Positions 22,686 through 32,010 of a DNA stretch of 64,000 nucleotides are shown here, piece by piece; within the stretch, counting starts at the first letter, position 1; every line of letters starts with the position of its first letter. The stretch comes from Centroscyllium fabricii (lineage: Eukaryota), in the NCBI GenBank assembly GCA_051313645.2, contig JBNRSN020000190.1, positions 558,001 through 622,000 of the forward strand, in the 5' to 3' direction. The position numbers were made by a program, and so were the translations under genes. The notes beneath the pieces were generated by a model that saw only the letters and a program-made list of their open reading frames with translations, did not search any database and was not told the origin of the DNA.

Positions 22686-24089
22686 TGAGCCAGGTTTGAA
22701 CAGTGCCCCCTCGGGGTTGGTCTCCTCACGGACCCCTCCCCCCATGATCCAGCTCCAGCCCCATCTTGGCATTGTGACAGAATCGGGGGTAATATGTGTG
22801 ACCAACATGTGTGTCTGTCCATCGCAAGATCTTTCTGTGCTGCAAATGTAAAACAATCTGTAAACTCAAAACAGCCAAATCCCTCGATACCCACACCAAA
22901 CACAAATATCTCAGGTCTTGAAAGCTTCAGTTGACCCCCAGCCTCAACAGCTTTTTAAATTGGAAATGAGGAAGAATTTCTTCTGAGGGTCGTGAATCAT
23001 TGGAATCCTCTTCCCCAGAGAGCTGTGGAGGGCTGGGTCATTGAATTAAGGTGGAGATGGACAGAGTTTTGCTCGATACGGGAGTCGAGGGTTATGGGGA
23101 GCGGGCAGGAAAGTGGATTGAGGCCAAGATCGGATCAGCCATGATCTTATTGAATGGCGGAGCAGGCTCGAGGGGCTGAATGACCGACTCCTGCTCCTAC
23201 ATCTTAGGTTCTAATGTCTTACGTCAGAAACTTTTTTACGCAGCGACTGGTGAGGACCTGGAATTCGCTGCCAATAGAAGTGGTGGAAGGAGCTGCGCTC
23301 CGAAAGCTTGTGATTTAAAATAAAACTGTTGGACTATAACTTGGTGTTGTGTGACTTCTTGCATGAGGGAAATAAACCTGCAGGGCTTCGGGGATAGAGC
23401 GGGGGGATGGGACTGACTGGATTGCTCTACAGAGCGAGCCGGCATGTGAGAGAGTTTTAAACACACTGCTCACTTTAATTATCCACGATGGCTTCTGCCA
23501 TGCTGTGTGATAATTCCCACAATGCGATCTGTGGGCGTAGGAGATCGTGGCAGTTAGTGTTTAGCACCACCACAAAACCACTGGTCAATTTCGCAAGCGG
23601 CGCAAAACTCGCTGTGCTCAAGCGCTAATTTGCTGGCCTCCACGGGGCGCCTATGGGGTGAAAATCAACTAGCGCCTGAACACGCGCCACTTTTGCGCAC
23701 CCGTGAAATTCAGCAGGAGGTTAGCGCAGTGCTAACCGTTAGCGCCACCTGGCGGTGCACTACTGGCGATGATGTAATCGCCATGCGCAGCTCCCCGCTC
23801 ACGTCCCAGCTGTAATATTGGGTGGCGCCCCCCCCCGCCCCCTGCGACTTACCGCCCGATGCTATGTCCACTGGGGTCAGGGTGGCCTACCTGTGGCCGG
23901 AACGGCGCTAGTTAAAGGGGAGGAGGCGGGCGGCCATTTTTTGGGGAGATTTCCTGCCAGCACCTGCCCCCGTTGCTGCCCCCGGCACATAGCACCACGA
24001 TATTGGCTCGCAGGAGGGGTAGTTGTGCCCCTCCTCCCTCTCGGGATGCTACCTGGGAAAATTGGCTCAAATTCTGAACTGACTCACTT

Positions 24090-24820
24090 CAGAATTTGAG
24101 CCAATAATCCAGGCTGATATTCCAGAGGGGCAGTACTGAGGGAGCGCCGCACTGTCGGAGGGGCAGTACTGAGGGAGCGCCGCACTGTCAGAGGGTCAGT
24201 ACTGAGGGAGTGCCGCACTGTCGGAGGGGCAGTACTGAGGGAGCGCCGCACTGTCGGAGGGGCAGTACTGAGGGAGCGCCGCATTGTCGGAGGGGCAGTA
24301 CTGAGGGAGCGCCGCATTGTCAGAGGGTCAGTACTGAGGGAGTGCCGCACTGTCGGAGGGGCAGTACTGAGGGAGTGCCGCATTGTCAGAGGAACAGTAC
24401 TGAGGGAGCGCCGCACTGTCGGAGGGGCAGTACTGAGGGAGCGCCGCACTGTCGGAGGGGCAGTACTGAGGGAGCGCCGCACTGTCGGAGGGGCAGTACT
24501 GAGGGAGCGCCGCACTGTCAGAGGGTCAGTACTGAGGGAGTGCCGCACTGTTGGAGGGGCAGTACTGAGGGAGCGCCGCACTGTCGGAGGGGCAGTACTG
24601 AGGGAGCAGGGGGGAGTTCTCCCCGGTGTTCTGGGGCCAATATCCATCCTTCAACCAACATCGCGAAAACCAAATAATCTGCTCATTTTATCACGTTGCT
24701 GTTTGTGGGAGCTTGCTGTGCGCAAATTGGCTACTGCGTCTCCCACATTACAACAGTGACTGCAATTCAAAAAAGTACTTCATTGGCTGTAAAGTACTCT
24801 GGGGTGTCCCGAGGTTGTGA
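24090..24820 (+). mobile_element. Deu-domain SINE with expanded 33-bp minisatellite (24126-24606, ~14 units)
   Basis: Array is followed by the gggagttctccccggtg...tcaaccaacatc SINE body. Confidence 0.8.
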
Positions 24821-25490
24821 AAGGTAATCAGCAAGGCACGAAGTCAGCTATGCTGAGGAAGAGCAGGCGAGAGATTGCCCTCCGATTCTTATTCCATGGT
24901 GAGAAATCGGATGGGAAACCGAAGGGAAATGCTCCTGATCGAGACTTTCCCATCAGCAGTTCCTGCCCGTCTCCCCCAGCCAGCCGATTCCTTCCTCTCT
25001 GCTTCTGCCTTCTTTGTTTGGAGCTTTGATTGGAAATTGAGGCCTGATTGGCAAGGCCCGTTTCCGTGCCGAGTTCCGACTGCAGAAGGTAGCAAAGTTC
25101 AAAAGCCGAATGCTTCCGAAGGGAAAGATAAACACAGTCCTGGCAAGGTGACAAGTGATCCATCAGGCAGATGAAAGGGGGCCCCTCGGACTCTGGGGGA
25201 GTGACAGGCAGTTGCGCGCCCATTCAGTCAAGACCATGTGTGATAAACTGTATATCACTGTAATACCATGTAACACCTGTATAGCACTGTAATACCATGT
25301 AACAACTGTATGATACACCTGGCACCGCCCATGACTCCTCCCCCACCGGAGGAGGTACATAAGGGACTGTCCCCATCCCCCGTGCCATTCTGGGGACAGT
25401 CAGCTCGGTTGTGTATCTCCAACGTAGTTAATTAAAGCCTGATTATTATAACTAACTATTCGACTCCGAAGACGTTATTGACGGTTACAA

Positions 25491-25503
25491 TTTAATTAAC
25501 TAC
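25491..25503 (+). promoter_or_regulatory. non-tRNA, self-complementary PBS-position element of copy 3 (equivalents 10746-10758 and 6564-6577)
   Basis: TTTAATTAACTAC, one base after the LTR-terminal CA, is the exact reverse complement of LTR 25424-25436 GTAGTTAATTAAA. Function is inferred. Confidence 0.8.
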
Positions 25504-25508
25504 TTGAA

Positions 25509-28500
25509 ATGGATACTGCAATGCTGAAACCATCAGTGTTCGAGGTTGACCCCCGATCTCCTGGAGCATCCAATGCCTTCTCACACTGGCGAAATGTATT
25601 GGAAGGATACATCAGAGCCAATGCAACGGACATAATGACCGAGGAGCAAAAACGACGGCTCCTCCACGCCCGGGTGGGCCCGCAAGTATACTCGATGATT
25701 GTGGACGCCTCATCATTTAACGAAGCCCTCAGGACCCTCGACGGGGAATACAATCGGGCGCCAAACAGAGTCCACGCGAGACACATACTGGCCACCCGAA
25801 AACAGCAGGACAACGAATCAAGTGTGCAGTTTCTAAGAGCCCTCAGAACCCTGGCACGGGACTGTGACTGCAGAGCACAAACGGCCCTAGTACATATGGA
25901 GAGTCTTATCAGGGATGCCTATGTAACAGGCCTAAAATCGGACTATGCGAGGCAAAGACTATTAGAACAAAATGGCCAGGACTTACAGGCCACTGTCGAT
26001 TTGGGACACGCGCTAGACAGCGCCTCAACAGATTTATCATCGTATTCTACTAACTATACGGGCCCAGCCCCGCAATCTTGGACAGTGCGGGGGCAGAGAC
26101 CGTCAGAGGAACTTCTCACAGCGGCCCACGCTAAAGCAAAATGTTACTTCTGTGGACAACCACAGCATCAAAGACGTAGCTGCCCCGCCAGAGAAGCAAT
26201 CTGCTCCAAGTGCGACAAAAAGGGGCACTATGCAAAGGTCTGCAAAGGCCCATATGTGAAACCAAGACTGGGCAGCGCTGCTTGTGGAACAAGGGAGCTG
26301 CAAAATCAGGCTCGCCCATCCCCCACTCAGCAGCACTCAAGGCAAAGTCAGAGGCAGCAGCAGCACCCATCCCCCACTCAGCAGCACTCAAGGCTGCTGC
26401 AGCAGCCATTTTGGACAAGCACATGGAGGCAGCCATCCCAGGAAACTGACCTGGAGGACTATTCTTCGGATCAAAACCACTACTCTTCAGACCAAGATAA
26501 CTACTCTCCGGATCAAGACTTTGGGGAGGATCCAGTACTAGCATCTATGAGCCTAGATCAGAAGACAATCCAGCCACTGGGGAGATCAATGATGCCGGTG
26601 GAAGTTAACGGTGAAGAGGTGGTGTGCCTGTTCGACAGCGGGAGCACAGTAAGTTTTGTACATCAGAATACTGTTAAGCGCCTCTCTCTTAAAGTAATCC
26701 CTGCGCGCCAGAGAATATCTATGGCGTCAAAATCGGAATCCGCTGACGTCACCGGGCGCTGTAGTGTAACACTAAACGTAAAGGGGGCAATCTTTAACAA
26801 GTTTAGTTTTTACGTGCTGCCGCAGCTCTGCGCCCCCCTACTCCTGGGACTGGATTTTCAGTGCCACCTTCAGAGCGTTACGATGGCTTTCGGTGGACCC
26901 CTCCCTCCCCTCACGGTCACAAACCGCGACTCAAAGCGGAACCCTCAGTATACCACCTGCGGTCTCTCAACCCTTAAGGTTACCCCTCCATCCCTCTTTG
27001 CTAACCTCACCCCAGACTGTAAGCCCGTCGCCACCAAAAGTAGGCGCTACAGTGCTGGGGACATGGCATTTATAAAATCTGAGGTGCAGCGCCTCCTAAA
27101 AGAAGGGGTCATAGAGGCTAGCAACAGCCCCTGGAGAGCACAGGTAGTCGTGGTGAAAACCGGGGAAAAGCACAGGATGGTAGTGGATTACAGCCAGACC
27201 ATAAACCGGTTCACCCAACTAGATGCCTACCCCCTCCCCAGGATAGCGGACATGGTAAACCAAATCGCCCAATTTAAAGTGTTCTCAACCATCGATTTAA
27301 AATCTGCTTATCACCAGCTCCCCATCCGCTCACAGGACCGTCTTTATACTGCTTTTGAGGCTGACGGCCGCCTCTACCACTTCCTTAGGGTGCCGTTCGG
27401 AGTCACGAACGGGGTCTCGGTCTTCCAAAGGGAGATGGACCGAATGGTCGATCGGTACAGGCTGCGAGCGACCTTCCCGTACCTTGATAATGTGACCATC
27501 TGCGGCCATGACCAGCAGGACCATGATGCCAATCTCCAAAAATTTCTCCACACCGCCAATACCTTGAACCTCACGTATAATAAGGAGAAATGTGTGTTTA
27601 ACACTGGCCGCCTCGCCATCCTCGGCAACGTGGTGGAAAATGGAGTCATTGGTCCAGACCCGGACCGCATGCGCCCCCTCATGGAGCTTCCCCTCCCCCA
27701 CTCCCCCAAATCTCTTAAACGGATTTTGGGATTTTTTGCTTATTATGCCCAGTGGGTCCCCAATTATGCGGACAAAGCTCGCCCACTATTAAAATCAACC
27801 TCTTTCCCACTTTCTGCAGAAGCCAACTCGGCATTCTGCGGAATTAAAAAGGACATAGCCAAAGCCACGATGCACGCTGTGGATGAGTCCGTCCCATTCC
27901 AAGTGGAAAGCGATGCATCTGACTTTGCCCTGGCCGCCACCCTTAACCAGGCGGGCAGACCCGTGGCCTTCTTTTCACGTACCCTCCAAGGCCCAGAAAC
28001 CCGCCATTCCTCAATCGAAAAGGAGGCCCAAGCAATTGTTGAAGCAGTGCGGCACTGGAAGCACTACCTGGCCGGAAAGCGTTTTACCCTGCTGACTGAC
28101 CAACGCTCAGTCGCTTTTATGTTCAACAACAAAGAGCGGGGTAAGATTAAGAACGACAAAATATTAAGGTGGAGAATTGAACTATCAGCGTTCAATTATG
28201 ATATTTTGTATCGGCCCGGGAAATTTAACGAACCCCCAGATGCCCTATCCCGCGGTACCTGTGCCAGCGCACAGGCTGACCGTCTCCAAACCCTTCACAA
28301 CGACCTCTGCCACCCGGGGGTCACCAGGTTGGTTCACTTCGTGAAGTCCCGCAACCTCCCCTACTCTATTGAAGAAGTCAAGACCATGACCAGCAACTGC
28401 CAGATCTGCGCGGAGTGCAAGCCGCACTTCTACCGGCCAGACCGGGCGCACCTAATCAAGGCCACTCGCCCCTTTGAACGACTCAGTGTCGATTTTAAAG

Positions 28501-29579
28501 GGCCCCTTCCCTCAGCCAACAGGAACGTCTATTTCCTCAACGTCATAGATGAGTACTCCCGCTTCCCTTTCGCCATCCCCTGCCAGGACATGACCTCCGC
28601 CACTGTTATCAAAGCCCTCAGTAGCATCTTCTCCCTGTTCGGGTACCCGAACTATATCCACAGTGACCGGGGGGCCTCTTTTATGAGCGACGAGCTGCGT
28701 CAGTATCTGCTGGCGAAAGGTATTGCAACCAGCAGGACCACCAGCTACAACCCCCGGGGGAACGGGCAGGTAGAGAGAGAGAACGCCACGGTTTGGAAAG
28801 CCATCCAGTTAGCCTTAAAGTCAAAAGACCTCCCAGTCACCCGATGGCAGGACGTTCTCCCTGAAGCACTCCACTCTATCCGGTCCCTATTGTGTACTGC
28901 CACTAACACCACCCCTCACGAAAGACTTTTTGCCTTCCCCAGGAAGTCAGCTTCAGGGACCTCGCTACCATCGTGGCTGCTATCTCCGGGACCGGTTCTG
29001 CTGAGGAAGCATGTGAGGGGACACAAGGCAGACCCCCTAGTCGAACGGGTCCACCTCCTGCACGCCAATCCCCAGTACGCGTACATAGCGTACCCCAACG
29101 GGAGGGAGGACACCGTGTCCATAAAGGACCTAGCCCCAGCAGGGATCCCCAAAACCAGCCCAGCCAGGCAGCCCGAGCTCCCAAAACCCCCAGTGACCCC
29201 CCCCGAGCCACCGAAGCCGAAGTACGAGCTCCGCCACGTGGGCCCAGTACCCCAGTATGTCCACAAGGCACCTGCGCGCAGCACGACCCAGCCCCAAGCC
29301 TGGATCCACAATGCGCTCCCCCCAGAGCCAGAGGACGAAAGAGAGAGCGCGCCCCCTGCTGTCGAAATAAGGGCATCACCGCCACCCGGAAGTGACATAA
29401 CCACCACCGGCCAACCAGCAGAAAAGGAACAAACGACGCAACCAGCTACCCCACGACAGCGAACACCACAGGCACTGCCAGCACGGCGAGCCACTCAACA
29501 ACAACGAACACCACAGGCACCACCAGCGCTACGAAGATCAGCGCGGACGACGAAACCGCCTGAAAGACTGAACATATAG
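25509..29579 (+). CDS. gag-pol: Gag-Pol polyprotein, 1356 aa, uninterrupted
   Basis: Knuckles CYFCGQPQHQRRSC and CSKCDKKGHYAKVC, protease LFDSGS, RT YLDN (27480-27491), RNase H, HHCC plus DDE integrase, no chromodomain. Confidence 0.97.
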   Translation: MDTAMLKPSVFEVDPRSPGASNAFSHWRNVLEGYIRANATDIMTEEQKRRLLHARVGPQVYSMIVDASSFNEALRTLDGEYNRAPNRVHARHILATRKQQDNESSVQFLRALRTLARDCDCRAQTALVHMESLIRDAYVTGLKSDYARQRLLEQNGQDLQATVDLGHALDSASTDLSSYSTNYTGPAPQSWTVRGQRPSEELLTAAHAKAKCYFCGQPQHQRRSCPAREAICSKCDKKGHYAKVCKGPYVKPRLGSAACGTRELQNQARPSPTQQHSRQSQRQQQHPSPTQQHSRLLQQPFWTSTWRQPSQETDLEDYSSDQNHYSSDQDNYSPDQDFGEDPVLASMSLDQKTIQPLGRSMMPVEVNGEEVVCLFDSGSTVSFVHQNTVKRLSLKVIPARQRISMASKSESADVTGRCSVTLNVKGAIFNKFSFYVLPQLCAPLLLGLDFQCHLQSVTMAFGGPLPPLTVTNRDSKRNPQYTTCGLSTLKVTPPSLFANLTPDCKPVATKSRRYSAGDMAFIKSEVQRLLKEGVIEASNSPWRAQVVVVKTGEKHRMVVDYSQTINRFTQLDAYPLPRIADMVNQIAQFKVFSTIDLKSAYHQLPIRSQDRLYTAFEADGRLYHFLRVPFGVTNGVSVFQREMDRMVDRYRLRATFPYLDNVTICGHDQQDHDANLQKFLHTANTLNLTYNKEKCVFNTGRLAILGNVVENGVIGPDPDRMRPLMELPLPHSPKSLKRILGFFAYYAQWVPNYADKARPLLKSTSFPLSAEANSAFCGIKKDIAKATMHAVDESVPFQVESDASDFALAATLNQAGRPVAFFSRTLQGPETRHSSIEKEAQAIVEAVRHWKHYLAGKRFTLLTDQRSVAFMFNNKERGKIKNDKILRWRIELSAFNYDILYRPGKFNEPPDALSRGTCASAQADRLQTLHNDLCHPGVTRLVHFVKSRNLPYSIEEVKTMTSNCQICAECKPHFYRPDRAHLIKATRPFERLSVDFKGPLPSANRNVYFLNVIDEYSRFPFAIPCQDMTSATVIKALSSIFSLFGYPNYIHSDRGASFMSDELRQYLLAKGIATSRTTSYNPRGNGQVERENATVWKAIQLALKSKDLPVTRWQDVLPEALHSIRSLLCTATNTTPHERLFAFPRKSASGTSLPSWLLSPGPVLLRKHVRGHKADPLVERVHLLHANPQYAYIAYPNGREDTVSIKDLAPAGIPKTSPARQPELPKPPVTPPEPPKPKYELRHVGPVPQYVHKAPARSTTQPQAWIHNALPPEPEDERESAPPAVEIRASPPPGSDITTTGQPAEKEQTTQPATPRQRTPQALPARRATQQQRTPQAPPALRRSARTTKPPERLNI

Positions 29580-30096
29580 TCAAAAGAACGTTAATTGTAT
29601 ATACTTCGTTATTGAGTCAAAAGAACGTTAAATGGATATATTTCGTTATTGAGCACAGTGTAATTAGTTGTTTTCTTTTTCCCTTTTTGTACCCCCCCGC
29701 GTGTTGTTCACCCCACCGTATTTTGGTTTTAAAGAAGGGGTGAATGTGATAAACTGTATATCACTGTAATACCATGTAACACCTGTATAGCACTGTAATA
29801 CCATGTAACAACTGTATGATACACCTGGCACCGCCCATGACTCCTCCCCCACCGGAGGAGGTACATAAGGGACTGTCCCCATCCCCCGTGCCATTCTGGG
29901 GACAGTCAGCTCGGTTGTGTATCTCCAACGTAGTTAATTAAAGCCTGATTATTATAACTAACTATTCGACTCCGAAGACGTTATTGACGGTTACACCATG
30001 ATTAATCAGCGGTCTTAACTGATGAGTGGATCAAACCTGGTCTCCCCTGCTAAGCGCCGGTTAATGCCAGACTGCGAGCTGGCCTGTTAAAGGCTG

Positions 30097-32010
30097 GCTT
30101 TGGGGTCACTGTCAGAGCACTTGCTCAGGTTAAACAGTCAAGACAGATTACAATGGGGCAGGGACTTTGCTTCTGGCTTGATTGATTGTCACGCGTGGGT
30201 GGGGTGCGGGGAACGGTGGTCATTGCAGGCTACTTAAATGTCACTACCTCAAGGTGCTACGTCATCTCCAGCATGGCCATCTTGACCTTTGTAACCTCAC
30301 AATCTGAACAAACAACACTGAGCATTAGCATTTTAAGGCCCCTTCTTATCACTTCTGTTAGTCCCTCCATGGCCCTCGCCCCTCCCTATCTCTGTAACCT
30401 CCTCCAGTCCTACAACCCTCCGCGATCTCTGCGCTCCTCCAATTCCGGCCTCTTACTCATCCCCGACTTCCATTGCTCCGCCATTGGCGGCCGTGCCTTC
30501 AGCACCTCTCCGCCTCTCTCTCTGCCTTTAAGACGCTCCTTAAAACGACCTCTTTGACCCAGCTTTTGGTCACCTGTCCTGATATCTCCCTCTTTGGCTG
30601 GGTGTTTAATTTTGTTTGAGAATTGCTCCTGTGAAGCGCCGTGGGACGTTTCACTGTAAGCAGAGTCAGGCGAGCTCAGAGTTGGAAAAGCAGGGACGAG
30701 GGATTCGACAGCAGACGGGCTGAGCAAGGGCGATATTACAGCGCTGGAATTAGGCGGTCTTGCTGATGGAGAGGTTATGACACACGTGCAGACAGATGTG
30801 TCTCAGTGCTCGCACAGTTGCCACGATGGGTCACCCATGTGCCGGAAGATTATTTTCCACCCCTGCCGGCCCCCAAAGCCGAGTTGAATTGACTGTTTGA
30901 ACTCAGGGAGTGCATGTGGCTCACTCACCAGCTCCCGTTCAAAGCAACAATCCCCTGATCTACCAATCAATCCTCCAAATAAACTCACCAGAACCACTTC
31001 ACTAGGGCATTGGACACAGCATAGAAACAGGCCACTCCCCCATGCTTCGTGCCAGTGTTTCCTCCCACCCTCTTCATCTCACCCCATCCCCATATCCTGC
31101 GATTCCTTTCTCCCCAGTGTGTTTATCCAGCTTCCCCTTAAATCCATCTACACTCTTCCCCTCGACCACTCCGTGGTGGCCAGTTCCACATTCTCACCAG
31201 TCTCTGGGTGAAGAAATTTCTCTTGAATTCCCGACTGGATTTATTAGTGACGATCTTGTATTGATGACCCCATCAAGTCACACCTCAGGCATCACCTCCA
31301 GTACCTCTATACGCAGAAACACAGAAGATAGGAGCAGGAGTAGGCCATTCGGCCCTTCGAGCCTGCTCCATCATTTTGATGAGATCATGGCTGATCATCC
31401 AAACCCAGCATCCCCACCCCCCCTCCAACCCTCTCCCCATATCCCCGGACACCCCCAACTCTAACAACTATATCTCACACACATACCCATTGATGTAATA
31501 AATGATGTAATAAAGACTTACCAAGCTTTTAGTGAACATAAAGCAGTAAGCGAGTTCAGTCAATAGCCTCGAAGTTTCAGAGTGTCTCTGTTCAACTTTT
31601 AGTATCTCCAATTCACCTAACCTGCATGTCTTTGGGTGGTGGGAGGAAACCGGAGTACCCGCAGGAAACCCACACGAACACGGGGAGAACAGAAGTGTGC
31701 ACAGTGCTCCAAATGTGGCCTAACCGAGGTTTGATACAAAGGCCTCGATGGCAAGGCCAGCACCTATTGCCCATCCCTAGTTGCCCTGACAAGGTGGTGG
31801 TGAGCGATGTAATAAAGGAGTCTGATACATCAATAACGACATGTACAGGCCCAGGCTCAGGCCCCAGAGCAGGACAGGCCCAGGCCCGGGGCCCCGGAGC
31901 AGGACAGGCCCAGGCCCGGGGCCCCGGAGCAGGACAGGCCCAGGCCCGGGGCCCCGGAGCAGGACAGGCCCAGGCCCGGGGCCCCGGAGCAGGACAGGCT
32001 CAGGCCCCCA
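30097..32010 (+). repeat. third, more diverged copy of part of the duplicated unit (together with 24090-25030), direct orientation relative to 37560-41800
   Basis: 24900-25027 matches 39275-39405; 30097-30275 matches 39400-39578; 30905-31360 matches 39955-40490; 31690-32010 matches 41400-41780. Confidence 0.85.
31605..31692 (-). mobile_element. V-SINE core fragment
   Basis: gggaggaaaccggagtacccgcaggaaacccacacgaacacggggagaac is the reverse complement of the V-domain. Confidence 0.75.

Larger units (their letters stand above)
15600..23984 (-). repeat. left arm of a large inverted segmental duplication
   Basis: Collinear reverse-complement match to 32802-41925; e.g. ORFs 16619..17155(-) and 39890..40426(+), and 22643..22903(-) and 33983..34204(+), are near identical. 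Confidence 0.93.
25239..29995 (+). mobile_element. Ty3/Gypsy LTR retrotransposon, group A copy 3 (intact, identical LTRs)
   Basis: 251-bp LTRs 25239-25489 and 29745-29995, identical by eye. 5-bp TSD CCATG. PPT AAAGAAGGGGTGAA. Confidence 0.98.

Noticed and set aside
24126-24606. Regular 33-bp array resembling CRISPR
   Set aside because: Head-to-tail repeats with no unique spacers, no cas genes and a eukaryotic SINE context.
29580-29744. env or accessory gene in the LTR elements
   Set aside because: 3' UTRs are under ~210 bp in all six; this one only holds a 36-bp duplication.
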